Source: Eledone cirrhosa (taxonomy: Eukaryota). Taken from it: DNA of 64,000 nt. The notes beneath the pieces were generated by a model. That model saw only the letters and a program-made list of their open reading frames with translations. It did not search any database and was not told the DNA's origin. This document shows positions 27,180 to 41,060 of this stretch, one piece after another; position 1 is the stretch's first letter, and each line of letters begins with the position of its first letter. Location of the stretch: positions 22,134,001-22,198,000 of the forward strand of contig OZ024750.1 of assembly GCA_964016885.1 (NCBI GenBank). The letters are read 5' to 3'. Position numbers and translations under genes: made by a program.

Positions 27180-27183
<4 letters not shown>
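27111..27183. mobile_element. Tiny Tc1/mariner-type MITE
   Basis: TA-CAGGGTATCCAAAAAAATGTATACACA ... TGTGTATACATTTTTGGGACACAC-TA: mariner-like TIRs with about 18 bp between them, in TA context. Confidence 0.65.
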
Positions 27184-27228
<45 letters not shown>

Positions 27229-27229
<1 letters not shown>

Positions 27230-27407
27230 CCCGGGTTCAAGCGGGGGTAACCACAGTAAGTAAGGTACTCAATACATAGCAGAGTATAAATATTTAATAT
27301 AGAAATGGCTTCTACAGGACTAGAACTGTTTCATTCGAAGGAAATCATCAGGCTTTCCTGATGATTTCCTTCGAATGAAACACAGTTCTATTCCTGTAGA
27401 ACCCATT

Positions 27408-27415
<8 letters not shown>
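27229..27415 (-). mobile_element. Family A pLTR remnant with inverted arm
   Basis: Head-to-head CTGATGA cores at about 27345-27364; TA flank. Confidence 0.78.
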
Positions 27416-27446
<31 letters not shown>

Positions 27447-27451
<5 letters not shown>

Positions 27452-27778
27452 AAAAGAAATTGAAAATGCAACTGGAGTCTTTTAAGAATATTTATTTACT
27501 TTACCGGTTTCACAGTTGTCATCATTTTAAACAGTAAAATTGAAATGGAGGGTTTGTGTTTCTGTTGTGGTTTTACTCGCATCTGATGCAAAACGAATCA
27601 CAACTGAAACACAAACCCTCCATCTCAATTTTACTTTTGAAAATCATAAGAACTGTGACACCGGTAAAGTAAATAAATATTTTTTATAGACACCAGTTGC
27701 ATTTTGAATTTCTTTTCCTTATATTTTTACCCATGTGGGACATTTAAAAAAAACCTTACTTTCTTATACACAGCTTAT
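27447..27778 (+). mobile_element. (TA)n-flanked inverted-repeat element, family C, with hammerhead-like motif
   Basis: Arms about 27447-27572 and 27598-27722, plus tail; stem I TTTACTT/AAGTAAA, variant core TTGAAAA, GAAA-CCGG-TA (GAAA intact only in the left arm). Confidence 0.6.
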
Positions 27779-27789
27779 ATATATATAAT

Positions 27790-28056
27790 TATAAAGGCGA
27801 GTTACTAAAACGGCACCATACCAGGTACGTGCGTTTCGTTTATCCTGTGGACCAACTTGTTCAACCTGTGATGATAAAAATGAACCGGTTCGTTTTCATC
27901 GGCACTGGTTAAACACGCTGGTCCTCAGGGCTAACAAAACGTACCCATATGGTACAGCGCCGTTGTAGTAACTTGCCTTTATAAACTATATTCAAACTCG
28001 CCCTACGTTCTTACGTTGCTCAATACCTTGGATATGTTTACCTACATATTACTACT
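27790..28056 (+). mobile_element. (TA)n-flanked inverted-repeat element (diverged arms + tail)
   Basis: Arms centred on GAACCGGTTC (about 27882-27891); outer ends TATAAAGGCGAGTTACTA / TAGTAACTTGCCTTTATA. Confidence 0.6.
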
Positions 28057-28063
28057 ATATATA

Positions 28064-28260
28064 TAAAGAGGGTGTGGTAAGATAAGAGGTGGACCATAAC
28101 GCACCAGAGTACTCGATACTTGGGGTAGTAGAGTGGGTAATATGAAAAGATTCAGGACTACCACGGCTGAGTTTCGGCCATTTTCGACAGCAAGATCCGA
28201 GTTCGAATGTAGCTGTCAAAACGGCCGGAGCTCAGCCATCGGGGTCCTGAATCTTTTCAT
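28064..28260 (-). mobile_element. Family B pLTR remnant (tail + inverted arms)
   Basis: Homologous to 19563-19797 in the opposite orientation. Confidence 0.72.
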
Positions 28261-28275
28261 ATATATATATATGTG

Positions 28276-28313
<38 letters not shown>

Positions 28314-28358
28314 GCCGTTTAATGTTTTAACGTCCGACTTCCACGCTAGCATGGGTTT

Positions 28359-28390
<32 letters not shown>

Positions 28391-28415
28391 TATATATATA
28401 TATACATACGTGTGT

Positions 28416-28491
<76 letters not shown>

Positions 28492-28658
28492 GTATGTATG
28501 TATGTATACACACATACGTATACGTACGTGCATATATGTATATACACAGATATAGATATGTATATGCACGCACATTCACATATATGCACTATTAATGATA
28601 TATATATATATATACACAGATATACACATACACACTCACTCACGTACACATACACACA

Positions 28659-28735
<77 letters not shown>

Positions 28736-29016
28736 TCATACATATCAAGAGATGAAAGTGTACAATTCTCTCACCATCGAAAATGCAATGTTAAAGCAAC
28801 TAAGTACCTGCAATAAGTACCTCGGAAGGAGTCACTTAGTATCTCATCAAATGACGAACCCAAAACATTTGTCACATGATTTATTCAGATATTAGAAAAT
28901 CCCACCAAATTTTAACATAAAGACCCCCCCCCCCCCCCCCGCTCTCACCGGAAAAAAAAAGAAACAATAAAAAAAAAATGTAAATATATTATAACAAGAG
29001 AAAATAATCCTACAAG

Positions 29017-29249
29017 ATGGAATCTGTTAAAAGACCTAACGAGAATTACGCCACGTTTTTGTCTAATATTCCTTTGTCGGTATTTCATGACGCTAAAGTG
29101 AAGAAGGACACACTAGCGAAGTGTTTAGTGAAATCACATAAAAGTGAGAGGCGGTTAAAGACACATCTTTTGCATCTGTTGACGTTTTTGGCATCCATCT
29201 GGAATAACATTAAATCAAGACCTGTGATACGATCGAAATACGGGATCAG
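29017..29249 (+). CDS. Exon 1 (putative first coding exon) of an uncharacterised membrane protein
   Basis: caagATGG start; MESVKRPNENYATF..SKYGI; donor AG|GTGAGT in phase 2 matches the exon 2 acceptor. Confidence 0.65.
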
Positions 29250-29489
29250 GTGAGTTGCACGCACGTATACATACATATATAGATATACATATATATATAT
29301 TGTTATACTTGGGGAGGGTCATATTTGTGTAATATTGCCAGAATTAATAACAGAACACACTCACTGTTTGGTTGGTTTTCGCTTCTCGCTGTCTTTTATA
29401 TCTGCGATCTAACTTAATCGGTCCTCAATATTTGTTTCGACACACGATTTCATATAAAAAACCTCGCTAAACTAATTCATCGCCGCTAC

Positions 29490-29520
<31 letters not shown>

Positions 29521-29789
29521 GATAATACACACACACACACTCACACACACACACATTATATATATATATATATATATGTCGTTTGTTTTGTTATTTCTGT
29601 TTACCTTTTACATACATATATATATATATATTAATATAATATATATATATATATATATTAATATATATATATATATATTAATATATATATATATATATAT
29701 ATTACTATTGGCTTCTTGCTCATATTAATTTCTCTATTTTCATTTATATATATATATATAATATATATATATATATATACGCATATACT

Positions 29790-29848
<59 letters not shown>

Positions 29849-29858
29849 AAGTATATGC

Positions 29859-29904
<46 letters not shown>

Positions 29905-29906
<2 letters not shown>

Positions 29907-30108
29907 CGAAGGAAATGAAATGTGGTAAGGAACCAGATGGACCATAACGGACTAGAGTACTCAATACTTAGGGTAGTAGAGTGGGTAATAGGAAAAATGA
30001 TTACCCCAACGGCAGAGCTCAAGCCGCTTTGACGGCGGTTTCGACGGCTATTTCCAGAAATAGCCGTGAAACGGCTTGATCTCTGCCGTCGGGGTTATAC
30101 TTTTTCAT
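29905..30108 (-). mobile_element. Family B pLTR remnant
   Basis: Tail + inverted arms, homologous to 19563-19797; TA on both sides. Confidence 0.72.
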
Positions 30109-30220
30109 ATATATATATATATATACGCATATATATATATATTATATATGATTATATATTACGCACGTCCACTGCGCATTACAATAACGTATATTCGCCC
30201 ACAAAATATATACATATATA

Positions 30221-30252
<32 letters not shown>

Positions 30253-30257
30253 CATAC

Positions 30258-30313
<56 letters not shown>

Positions 30314-30339
30314 GTATATTATATATATATATAATATAC

Positions 30340-30399
<60 letters not shown>

Positions 30400-30402
<3 letters not shown>

Positions 30403-30516
30403 AAATATACTCCATGATATTGCTAAAGCAGTTCCTTCAATACACCTCCACACACTCCCACACACGCCCACACCCATAGTATATATATATATATAATATA
30501 CATACTATATTATATA

Positions 30517-30602
<86 letters not shown>

Positions 30603-30703
30603 TATGTATATTATATATTATACTATGTGTGTGGGCGTGTGTGGGAGTGTGTGGAGGTGTATTGAAGGAAATGCTTTAGCAATATCATGGAGTATATTTC
30701 AAT
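30400..30703. repeat. Inverted duplication (arms 30400-30483 and 30620-30703) around a TA tract
   Basis: Arms are near-identical reverse complements. Confidence 0.85.
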
Positions 30704-31060
30704 CTAAACATCTGTAGATTTCTCATTAGTTTGGCACAAATCTTTGTCTGTTGTTGTTTTTTTTGTTTCTGTTTTTTTTTTCACTAATCTGTAACGTAAT
30801 ATTAACATCTGTTAAGCAGCTGATTTCCAATTCTGAACATATATTCTTTTCTCTATTCTAGATCATTATGTCTGGTCTTTTGTGCTTACATTTTAGTATC
30901 AGATCATCTTCCTATATTTTGATCTCCAGGGCTGTCCTTGAGTTAATAGGTAGACAGTATCTTGGTGATATCTGTGACCAGCTAATTAGGAAGTGTATCA
31001 TAGTGGTTTTAATTACACAGTTTCCATCTGTTGGTACATCTAAGTGTTTTATTAGTATTT
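30704..31060 (-). pseudogene. Degenerate R4/Dong-type non-LTR fragment (restriction-like endonuclease region)
   Basis: Minus: TMIHFLIS..PRYCLP, then KCKHKRPDIMI*NREKNICSELEISC (RPD..E motif), with stops. Confidence 0.5.
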
Positions 31061-31339
31061 TTATTCATTTTGTGTGGACGCAATATGGCGGAACGGTTAA
31101 TGTGTTCGCTTCGTAATCATTAGGTCTCGGGTTCGATCACTCAGTGTGGTATCTTGGGCAAGAGCGATTTACTATTTACTATAGCTTTAGGTCAACCCAT
31201 TCCTTGTAATTGAAACTGGTTAGACTGAAACTGTTTGGAGACCGGTCGGATGAACTGTTCTTGTTATTAAAAGCACCAGCATGGTCATACACAGCAAATT
31301 TGCTGAGAGCGGGTGTATGTACGTTGTTTTATCTGTGGT

Positions 31340-31875
31340 TGTTTTTTTTTGTTTTTTTAACTATGTGGCACTACACAGTGACGCTTGTTCGTGGGCTAGT
31401 CCTGCCTTCAGTGCCGAGGTTTAGGGCTAACCCTTTCAGGATCTTACATATGTATATCACTGCGTATCACTCCCGTCTCCGCTGTGGGTAGTAAAGCTTT
31501 CTTTAGTAAAGCTTTCTTCAGCCGCTTCCCAGAAGCTCATCTCTTTCATTGAGGCAATTCTCTTGGTGTATCTTCGTCGGATTGCTTCAAGTTCTGCAGT
31601 TAGTTTGACATTGTGGGGCGACCACAGCTGAGAACAATAATCCAGTAGGATGAGGACAAAAGTCCTCCAGAGAACCAACATAATTTCCGAATTTCTTGTT
31701 CTGAATGTCCTCAGAGTCCAGCCCGCCAGTCGTCTGCACTTTGCCATCATTTTGCTGATGCGCGCATGAAGCGATGCATCATTGCTCATGTCAATACCCA
31801 GGTCCCATATTGATTTTGACTCTGGGATTTCGATTACTCCTGGTCCAAAGTACCCCCTTTGTTGTGGTGGTCCTA
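31340..31875 (-). pseudogene. CR1/L2-group LINE 3' fragment
   Basis: DLGIDMSND..GWTLRTFRTR..LWRTFVLILLDYCSQLWSP..LEAIRRRYTKRI, typical of the post-RT region of CR1-like elements. Confidence 0.75.
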
Positions 31876-32323
31876 TGTTTGTGGGTGCATATATGTATAT
31901 ATACATACATACGTGTGTATGTATATACGTGTGTATATGTACATACTAAAGGTTTTAATTCTAGATTATTCTACATAATTTTCTATAATGACTTTTAATT
32001 ATTATTTTCTAATTAATCGTAGCTTTTCTGTTCTTGTGTAATTGTGTATGTATGTATGTATGTATGTATATATGTATGTATGTATGTATGTACGTGTTAT
32101 GTATGTATGTATGTATGTATTATGTATGTATGTATGTATGTATGTATGTATGTACGTATGTATGTGTGTGTATGTATGTTTTATATATGCATGAGTTATG
32201 TATGTATGAAGTATGTATGTATGTCTATATAAATGTGTGTATAGTGTGTATATGTGTATGACTGTGTGTTTATATGCATTATATATGTACGTATGTATGT
32301 ACGCATGTATGTATATGTGTGTA

Positions 32324-32372
<49 letters not shown>

Positions 32373-32391
32373 ATGTATGTATGTGTATCTA

Positions 32392-32468
<77 letters not shown>

Positions 32469-32658
32469 ACATGTATGTGTATGTATACATGTACTTATAT
32501 ATCTAAACGTTTACTTTAATCAGTCAAGGAACTAATTACTAAAATATAAATTGATCCCTAATGAATTGGCAGAAAAATTTTTTTTTTTTGTTGAGGAAAA
32601 TCTATGAACACAATAGAATCAATTTACATATGTGGAAAACATCTGTCTTGAATAGGGT

Positions 32659-32712
<54 letters not shown>

Positions 32713-32773
32713 CGTGTTTATATAGATGGATGTATGTGCGTGTCGGTCTGTATGTACATGCATCGGGGTCTGT

Positions 32774-32954
<181 letters not shown>

Positions 32955-32987
32955 TACACACACTTATATATGTATATATCTATATAC

Positions 32988-33050
<63 letters not shown>

Positions 33051-33123
33051 AGAGAGATATATAGATATTGATATGTATATATGTATATATATATATATGT
33101 ATGTGTGTATGCGTGTGAATGTA

Positions 33124-33188
<65 letters not shown>

Positions 33189-33195
33189 AATTTTA

Positions 33196-33527
<332 letters not shown>

Positions 33528-33792
33528 GAAGTTGGAAATAGCACGGAAAATATATTTTAGGGTCTGTTTTTCTTTTTAAAAAGAGTTTTATAATGTATAT
33601 AATGTATATAAAGTGTTTTTATAATGTATATAATGTATATAATGTATATAAAGTGTTACCGGTTTCGATGTACCATTAAAATTTATCAAATCAAATGTTA
33701 AGTATTACAATTAAAAAGAATTAATAAGAATTAAGAACTAAGAATTAAAGATTTAAATTTAAGTGTTGAGGTAAGTTTTATTCATCTTCCTT

Positions 33793-33827
<35 letters not shown>

Positions 33828-33870
33828 GAGAGAGAGAGAGAGAGAGAGAGAGAGGGGAGAGAGAGAGAGA

Positions 33871-33936
<66 letters not shown>

Positions 33937-34084
33937 CACTTATATATGTACATGTGTGTCATCATTCATGTTTCATTCAGCATTACACATTCAATTAATA
34001 CTTGACATTATGACTAATATATTACCCACTGTATTAGCTTCCTATTTCACTTGGAGCCATTTAATACTTCATATATATATATAT

Positions 34085-34206
<122 letters not shown>

Positions 34207-34348
34207 CATATATTCATAAATATGCTGCAAGCATCACTTGAGAAGTTAAGAAATTTGATTCGTTAACACTCTTGCTGTTCAGTGAATGATTGACTGCGCT
34301 CAACTTTGAATAGACCTTACAGTACAGCCGATTCCTGTTTAGTGTTCA

Positions 34349-34441
<93 letters not shown>

Positions 34442-34459
34442 TCATATATATATATACTC

Positions 34460-34709
34460 AAAAGTGACACAGAGGAGACTGAGGTTAGCTGGACATGCTC
34501 ACCGACATCCATAGTTGACATTGCACTCAGTGCTCCTGTGGGAGCCCCTACATGGACACACTAGAAGAGGAAGACCAAGGTTAACGTATGTTGATGCCCT
34601 AAGGACAGACACTGGTCTGTTGGAGACGCAGGACATGGCAGCGATAATGAGGGACAGAGACCGCTGGAGAGAACTCGTCCATGGATCTCGGGAATTTTAC
34701 CCGCCTTAG
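34460..34709 (+). pseudogene. RTE-clade LINE 3' fragment
   Basis: [41 protein letters not shown]; TA on both sides. Confidence 0.75.
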
Positions 34710-34783
34710 ATATATATATATATATATATATATATTATTCAAAATATTAATCAATGAAGACATTCACATAATCAAAATATATG

Positions 34784-34845
34784 TTTTATTATATATATTT
34801 CGAAGGTACTGTGCTGTTTTTTCAGTACGTCCTCGTCAGATAAAA
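34784..34845 (-). ncRNA. Type I hammerhead ribozyme (family D)
   Basis: TTTTAT-CTGACGA-GGAC GTACTG..CAGTAC CTTC-GAAA-TATATA-TA-ATAAAA: 6-bp stem I, paired stem II, palindromic stem III, AUA triplet. Confidence 0.8.
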
Positions 34846-34928
34846 TACATGAATTGATGAATGACATACCTCAACGGTCTTGATAGTTCAATTCCAGTAT
34901 TGAGGTATGTCATACATCAATTCATGTA

Positions 34929-34990
34929 TTTTATCTGACGATGACGTACTGAAAACACAGCACAGTACCTTCGAAATATATATAGTAAAA
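34929..34990 (+). ncRNA. Type I hammerhead ribozyme (family D, second arm)
   Basis: Same fold; stem I TTTTAT/GTAAAA; first stem II pair lost (T for G). Confidence 0.68.
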
Positions 34991-35133
34991 CATATATTTT
35001 TGATTATGTGAATGTCTTCATTGATTAATATTTTGAATAATATTAATAACTCCAGAAAACATTCTTGTAGAGTGCTTTTAATCTATTGTAAAACTATATT
35101 CATTGAGTAATCAATGAACCATATTAATCTTTG

Positions 35134-35172
<39 letters not shown>

Positions 35173-35837
35173 AGGGTGTGTGAAAATAACCAGATTGAAA
35201 ACTAAAGGTAAATACGATAATTGTTTCTACTTTTGGCACAAAGCCAGCAATTATCCCAGTGTATTACTGGTACTTTAGTTTATCGACCCTGTAAGGATGA
35301 AAGGCAAAGTTAACCTCGGCGGAATTTGAACTCAGAACATAAAGAGCAAAGCATGGCGTCAGACCCTCTACCGATACTGCCAATCCACCTGAAAAGACAT
35401 AAAACGTGACGTAAGAATTTATAAAATGTAAATAGGAGAGATGGGATACCGAAAGAGAGGGGGGGGGGGGGTGGGGGGGGGAGAAGTGGGAAGTCTTCCT
35501 TAAAAATGGGAAATAGAGCGTTTGGTGAGAGACAGAGAGAGATAGAGTGAGAAAAGCTGAGAAACGGAGAGGGAGATAAACGGAGAGAAATTGATGGAGG
35601 CAGAGAGAAAAAACAGACAAACAGAGCAAAAGACAGACAGATTAAGCATTAGAGAGAGAGAAAGAAAGTGTGAGAAAAAAAAACAGACAGACAGACAGAC
35701 AAGAAGAGAGATATATAGATTGACAGAGAGAAAGGTAGAGATGGGAGCGAGACAAGTAGACTGAGGAAGAGAAAAAGAGGAGAGAGATAGAGAGACGGAC
35801 AAGCTGCAGGAGAGGCAGAGCAAGAGAGAGAGAGAGA

Positions 35838-35933
<96 letters not shown>

Positions 35934-36312
35934 GCAGTAGTAAGAAGGGAGGGGGAGGATAGTTTAGATTAACCCATTTTTTTTTTTTCTTTCCGGTTTT
36001 TAAACAGTTTCTTCTTAGGTCGATATTGTCTCCTTACATTTTCGGTTCTTGTATTTATAATCTGATCGGGGTTTCTTAGTAGAGTCATCGAAACTGTAAT
36101 TATATTGAACTGAAGCTGGAATTATTATATATCTAATAACTACTGTAAATGAAGTAGAACAGAGAATTCCACCGCCGCCATTTTTGGTAGTTTCAAATGT
36201 CAACCAAATATATTTGATAGCGTCACTAACATATCGATCGGTGGCAGCATGTCAGCTTGAAGCTGAAATATATATATATATACACACATATATATATATA
36301 TATATATATATT

Positions 36313-36369
<57 letters not shown>

Positions 36370-36726
36370 ATATATATACATAGAGAGAGAGTTTTATATA
36401 TAAACCAATACCCCCGTATATATACATACATATATATATATATATATAGTGTGTGTGTGTGTATGGGTGTATGTTTATATATATATATATATATATATAC
36501 ACAAAATTAAATTAAGGGTGTCTGAGAGACATGCGCCATATCCACTGTAGAATATGGTCAAAGATTCCATTTGAACTCAGAACATAAAGGGCCGTAACTC
36601 TTTGCTGCAAAGCATGGCGTCAGACCCTCTACCGATACTGTCAATCCACCTGAAAAGACATAAAAACGTAACGTAGGAATTTAGAAAATATCAACTAGAT
36701 ATATATATATGTCAATCAATTTCTAG

Positions 36727-36798
<72 letters not shown>

Positions 36799-36803
36799 GT
36801 TAT

Positions 36804-36970
36804 TCCGGGTTGAATCGGAGGTAACCACAGTAAGTAAGGTACTCAATACATAGCAGAGTATAACAGTTTTAATATAGAAGAGATTCTACAGGACTAGATA
36901 CCCAGATTCCTGATGATTTCTAATGAATGAAACAGTTCTAGTCCTGTAGAATCTCTTCTATATTAAAACT
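36804..36970. mobile_element. Family A pLTR remnant (variant subfamily) with inverted arm
   Basis: Left arm is cut at the CTAG of stem III; the right arm starts at stem I. Confidence 0.78.
36904..36954 (+). ncRNA. Type I hammerhead ribozyme (family A)
   Basis: AGATTC-CTGATGA-T TTC TAAT GAA T-GAAA-CAG TTCTAGTC CTG-TA-GAATCT: 6-bp stem I, GUA triplet. Confidence 0.75.
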
Positions 36971-37611
36971 ATATATATATATATATATACAGAAATTTAT
37001 AGATTTAAATAACTAACTACCAGCTTCAGAAAAGTACAATTAGTCCTTTTGATAGTTGAATGAAATAGTTCGATAAGTTCAATCGCAATGATGGGTGAAG
37101 AAACTTACGTTTCAGGTTATTGATCTTCATCTGAAAGTGGGGAAGAGAGAGAGGAGTGTATGTGGTGTTGTGGTTTAAGATGTAAGACAGTAAATTATGA
37201 AAATTTGTGTGAGAGGAATTAGCAAGCAATGTGTAGTGTAATCGATAAGAGAGTCGCTCGGCAAGAAATAAATACATAGTTAGAAACACAGTAGTGTTTC
37301 TGTTTGTTTTTGTTTGAAATTAATGTCGAAAAAATCATTTAATTAACTGAGATTGCAAACTCGGTGTCATTAACCTTAATGAAATTTTGTTCTCAAAAAG
37401 GGAAAGAAAGAGAACTTTTGAAAACTTCAGTCATCCCAAAATTAATTTCAGTGGCGATATATATGGAAGACAGGGTCGAAGAGGAGGGAATGAATTTTGA
37501 TAGCTACGGTGACAACTCCCGAAATATTTCAGTTCTGTTGGCTTCATTGGCGTCTCATTGTCAAATCATGCCTGCGGAGTCCACACACAGACACATATAT
37601 ATATATATTTG

Positions 37612-37794
<183 letters not shown>

Positions 37795-37826
37795 GTGTGC
37801 GTGTGTGTGTATGTGTGTGTGTGTGC

Positions 37827-37974
<148 letters not shown>

Positions 37975-38179
37975 TGGCTGCAAATCTGCTAAGAGTTTGG
38001 TGCACTTTTAGGCTACGGCCAGTCACACAAACCTGTAACATATCCTGAACAAGCAATGCCTGTGCTTTGAAGGTTTTTTAAGTGGGGAAAGGCTTTGCAC
38101 TCGACCAATCTCACTCTCAGAGCATCGAAAACACTACCCGCAAAGGAGGACTGGTCAACATCATCGGATGCAAATTAGG

Positions 38180-38235
<56 letters not shown>

Positions 38236-38816
38236 TTCTTTATTAGCCACAAGGGCGCAACAAGAAAGGGGACAATACAAAGACATGCCGGGGATTTTAC
38301 ATACAGTCGTGTAAAAAATATAAAAACAAACAATTTCAACAATCGAAATCCCCAATAGGGGGGAGGCGCCACAAATGGGTTGTTTAATACCCCGTCGATA
38401 GAACAACCCTCAACTCGAGGAGCGTGTTGTGCAAGTGCTCCTTTCTTCCTTTTGCTCTCTTCCTCAACCTACAGGCTTATAAACAGAGAAGGCCCAATCA
38501 CTCGGGCCATTTTCGCTTCATTCACCCACCTTTCAGTAAATTTACTGGGGTGCAGTGCCTCTCTCTCCACCCTGATTCTCCTTCTAAAGTGATACTTAAA
38601 GAAGGGAATCAATTGTTGTCCGGAGAGAAAGGCATCTGTCCTCAGTCCTCTCAACCTCGTCCACCATATAACTTCTTTCACCATAGCCACCGTACAGAGG
38701 AAAACCGCCTCTCTTTCGTTTTTGGAAGAGTCTGGCGGTTTGATCCTTACTATGGACTCGGCAGTCAACTGTATTTGTCCCATACGCGACAGCAGTTGTT
38801 CTGCATAGTTCCACAT
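38236..38816 (-). mobile_element. Short 5'-truncated Tx1-type element in (GATA)n
   Basis: ORF end 38469-38816 aligns with the C-terminus of ORF 3909-4889 (EQLLSR..AVFLC..WWTRL..FLSGQQL..ERWV..GPSL); GATA arrays at 38181-38235 and 38817-38903. Confidence 0.9.
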
Positions 38817-38905
<89 letters not shown>

Positions 38906-39005
38906 CAAAATTAATGTTCGTGCAGCAAATTGAGTTGATATATTTTATATATACGTTTCTTGCTAAATAATTAAATAACATGTAAACACTTTATATATTT
39001 TTTAG

Positions 39006-39361
39006 GATAATATTTTCCGTTGTTGGCTTATTGGCTTCACTGCGTTGGCTCACATCTTGGGGGAACATTGATCCAACCTCACCGAACGACGTCTGCAGGG
39101 CTGATTCGGGAGATTCCGTGTGTCCGTGGAAACACGTCTTCTCAGATTTCGCTCAACGATTACACCTAATTGAAATGGCATTCAAAGACCAAGTGGTAGC
39201 TCGTGAGGCCATGGCACAAGAGGTTGTCAATCAATCAGATCTGAACGGCGTTCTCGATCGGAAACTCTCTATATTTATTAATAAAGTTGAAGATTTACAT
39301 CAACGGATCAACAAAGTGGAACATAAATTGCTAGATCTCCATGCTCGGATTAATTCAGACG
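39006..39361 (+). CDS. Exon 2: TM segment, Cys pair, coiled coil
   Basis: Acceptor ttttttag|G, donor G|GTGAGT; IIFSVVGLLASLRWL..CRADSGDSVC..INKVEDLHQRINKVEHKLLDL. Confidence 0.82.
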
Positions 39362-39489
39362 GTGAGTTCTTAGAACATTTGTTTATTTTTATCATTCATT
39401 TATTTCTTCATCTTACACATACCTTTCAGGCCATCAGCTTAACGACACCTCAAACACAAACAAAACTTCCAGATGAACAATATAACAAC

Positions 39490-40055
39490 AACTCCAGACC
39501 ACAACACATCCAGGCGCCACCAGCTTAACAACACATCCAGACACCACCAACATAACACCACCAGACACCACTAACATAACAAAACCACCAGACACCACCA
39601 ACATAACAGCACATCCAGACACCACCAACATAACACCACCAGACACCACCAACATAACAACACCACCAGACACCACCAACATAACAACACCACCAGACAC
39701 CACCAGCTTAACAAAACCAACAGACACTATCACCATAACAACACAGCGAGATACCATTAACATAACAACGCATCCAGAGACCACTAACTTAACAACACCA
39801 CCAGACCACCAACATAACAACACATCCAGGCGCCACCAACTTAACAACACCACCAGACACCACTAACATAACAACACATTCAGATACCACTAACTTAACA
39901 ACACCACCAGACCACCAACATAACAACACATCCAGACGCCACCAACTTAACAACACTACCAGACACCACTAACATAACAACACATTCAGATACCACTAAC
40001 TTAACAACAATACCAGACCACCAACATAACAACACCACCAGCTTGACAACACCAG
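39490..40055. repeat. CA-rich minisatellite, unit about 24-27 bp (intron 2)
   Basis: Repeated ACAACACCACCAGACACCACCAACATA variants. Confidence 0.9.
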
Positions 40056-40236
40056 CAATACTTTCTTTTAAAATATTTAAAATATATTCATTGAGCCACT
40101 AACAATAAATACTGCAATAATGATTTCTTTATTTAATAATAATTTGTTTCTACTTTTGGCACAAGGTCAGCGTATTACTGGTACTTTATTTTATCGTTTG
40201 TCTGTTATCTGTGACCGTCTCTGTTTTCCTTTGTAG

Positions 40237-40406
40237 AGTCCGTAGGTTTTTTGGTAATTGTTATCCTGGTAATAGAATTGGTTATGAGATTTCAGCCGAG
40301 AATTCGATTGCTTCAGTTCTGGTTTAAACAGAAAACCTTATCTTCGCCATCGTCAAATAAACAAGCCATTGATTTAAGACGTGAGTCACCATCATCATCG
40401 TCCAAG
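40237..40406 (+). CDS. Exon 3: second TM segment + Ser-rich linker
   Basis: Acceptor ttttcctttgtag|, phase 1 in; VGFLVIVILVIELVM; donor AAG|GTAAAT, phase 0. Confidence 0.8.
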
Positions 40407-40714
40407 GTAAATATATTCCACCAGTTTAGATAATTATTTATTGTTGTTGTTGTTGTTTTTGTTATTGATGTTGTTATTGTTGTTGTTGTTGGTAGTGGTG
40501 TGGAGGGGGGATAGTGATGGTGTTTAACCATAGATTAATTCCCGTGACGTTTCGTTAAAATACGTTAGTTTATATAAATGAAATTTACATATTTTGGCGG
40601 GCAATGACCTAATACAGTGATACAATCTCCTTCAAATAAAATGTTGCCTAATTGAGAGACAGTAGTCCACAGTAATACAATTTCTTTCAAATGTAATGTT
40701 ATGTATATGAAGAA

Positions 40715-41060
40715 CAGTAACCTCACACACTGATACCATCTCTTTCAAAATAAAATATTGTATATTTGAGGGACAGTAAGTAGCCTTATACTGTGATACC
40801 ATCTCTTTCAAAATAAAATATTGTATATTTGAGGGACAGTAAGTAGCCTCACACTGTGATACCATCTCTTTCAAAATAAAATATTGTATATTTGAGGGAC
40901 AGTAAGTAGCCTCACACTGTGATACCATCTCTTTCAAAATAAAATATTGTATATTTGAGGGACAGTAAGTAGCCTCACACTGTGATACCATCTCTTTCAA
41001 AATAAAATATTGTATATTTGAGGGACAATAGCTTCAAACAGTAATACCACCTCTTTCAAA
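40715..41060. repeat. 63-bp minisatellite, about 5 copies (intron 3)
   Basis: Identical units, e.g. ATCTCTTTCAAAA at 40801 and 40864. Confidence 0.92.

Larger units (their letters stand above)
34733..35137 (+). mobile_element. Penelope-like pLTR remnant, family D: ~140-bp inverted arms + tail
   Basis: Arms about 34733-34874 and 34900-35042; both carry a hammerhead; TA on both sides. Confidence 0.8.

Noticed and set aside
37364-37590. Alternative first exon for the membrane-protein gene
   Set aside because: No phase-2 donor seen before the TA tract; 29017-29249 fits better
39362-39528. ORF extensions past exon ends (39362-39528, 47980-48026, 40407-40433)
   Set aside because: Read-through beyond strong splice donors into intron sequence
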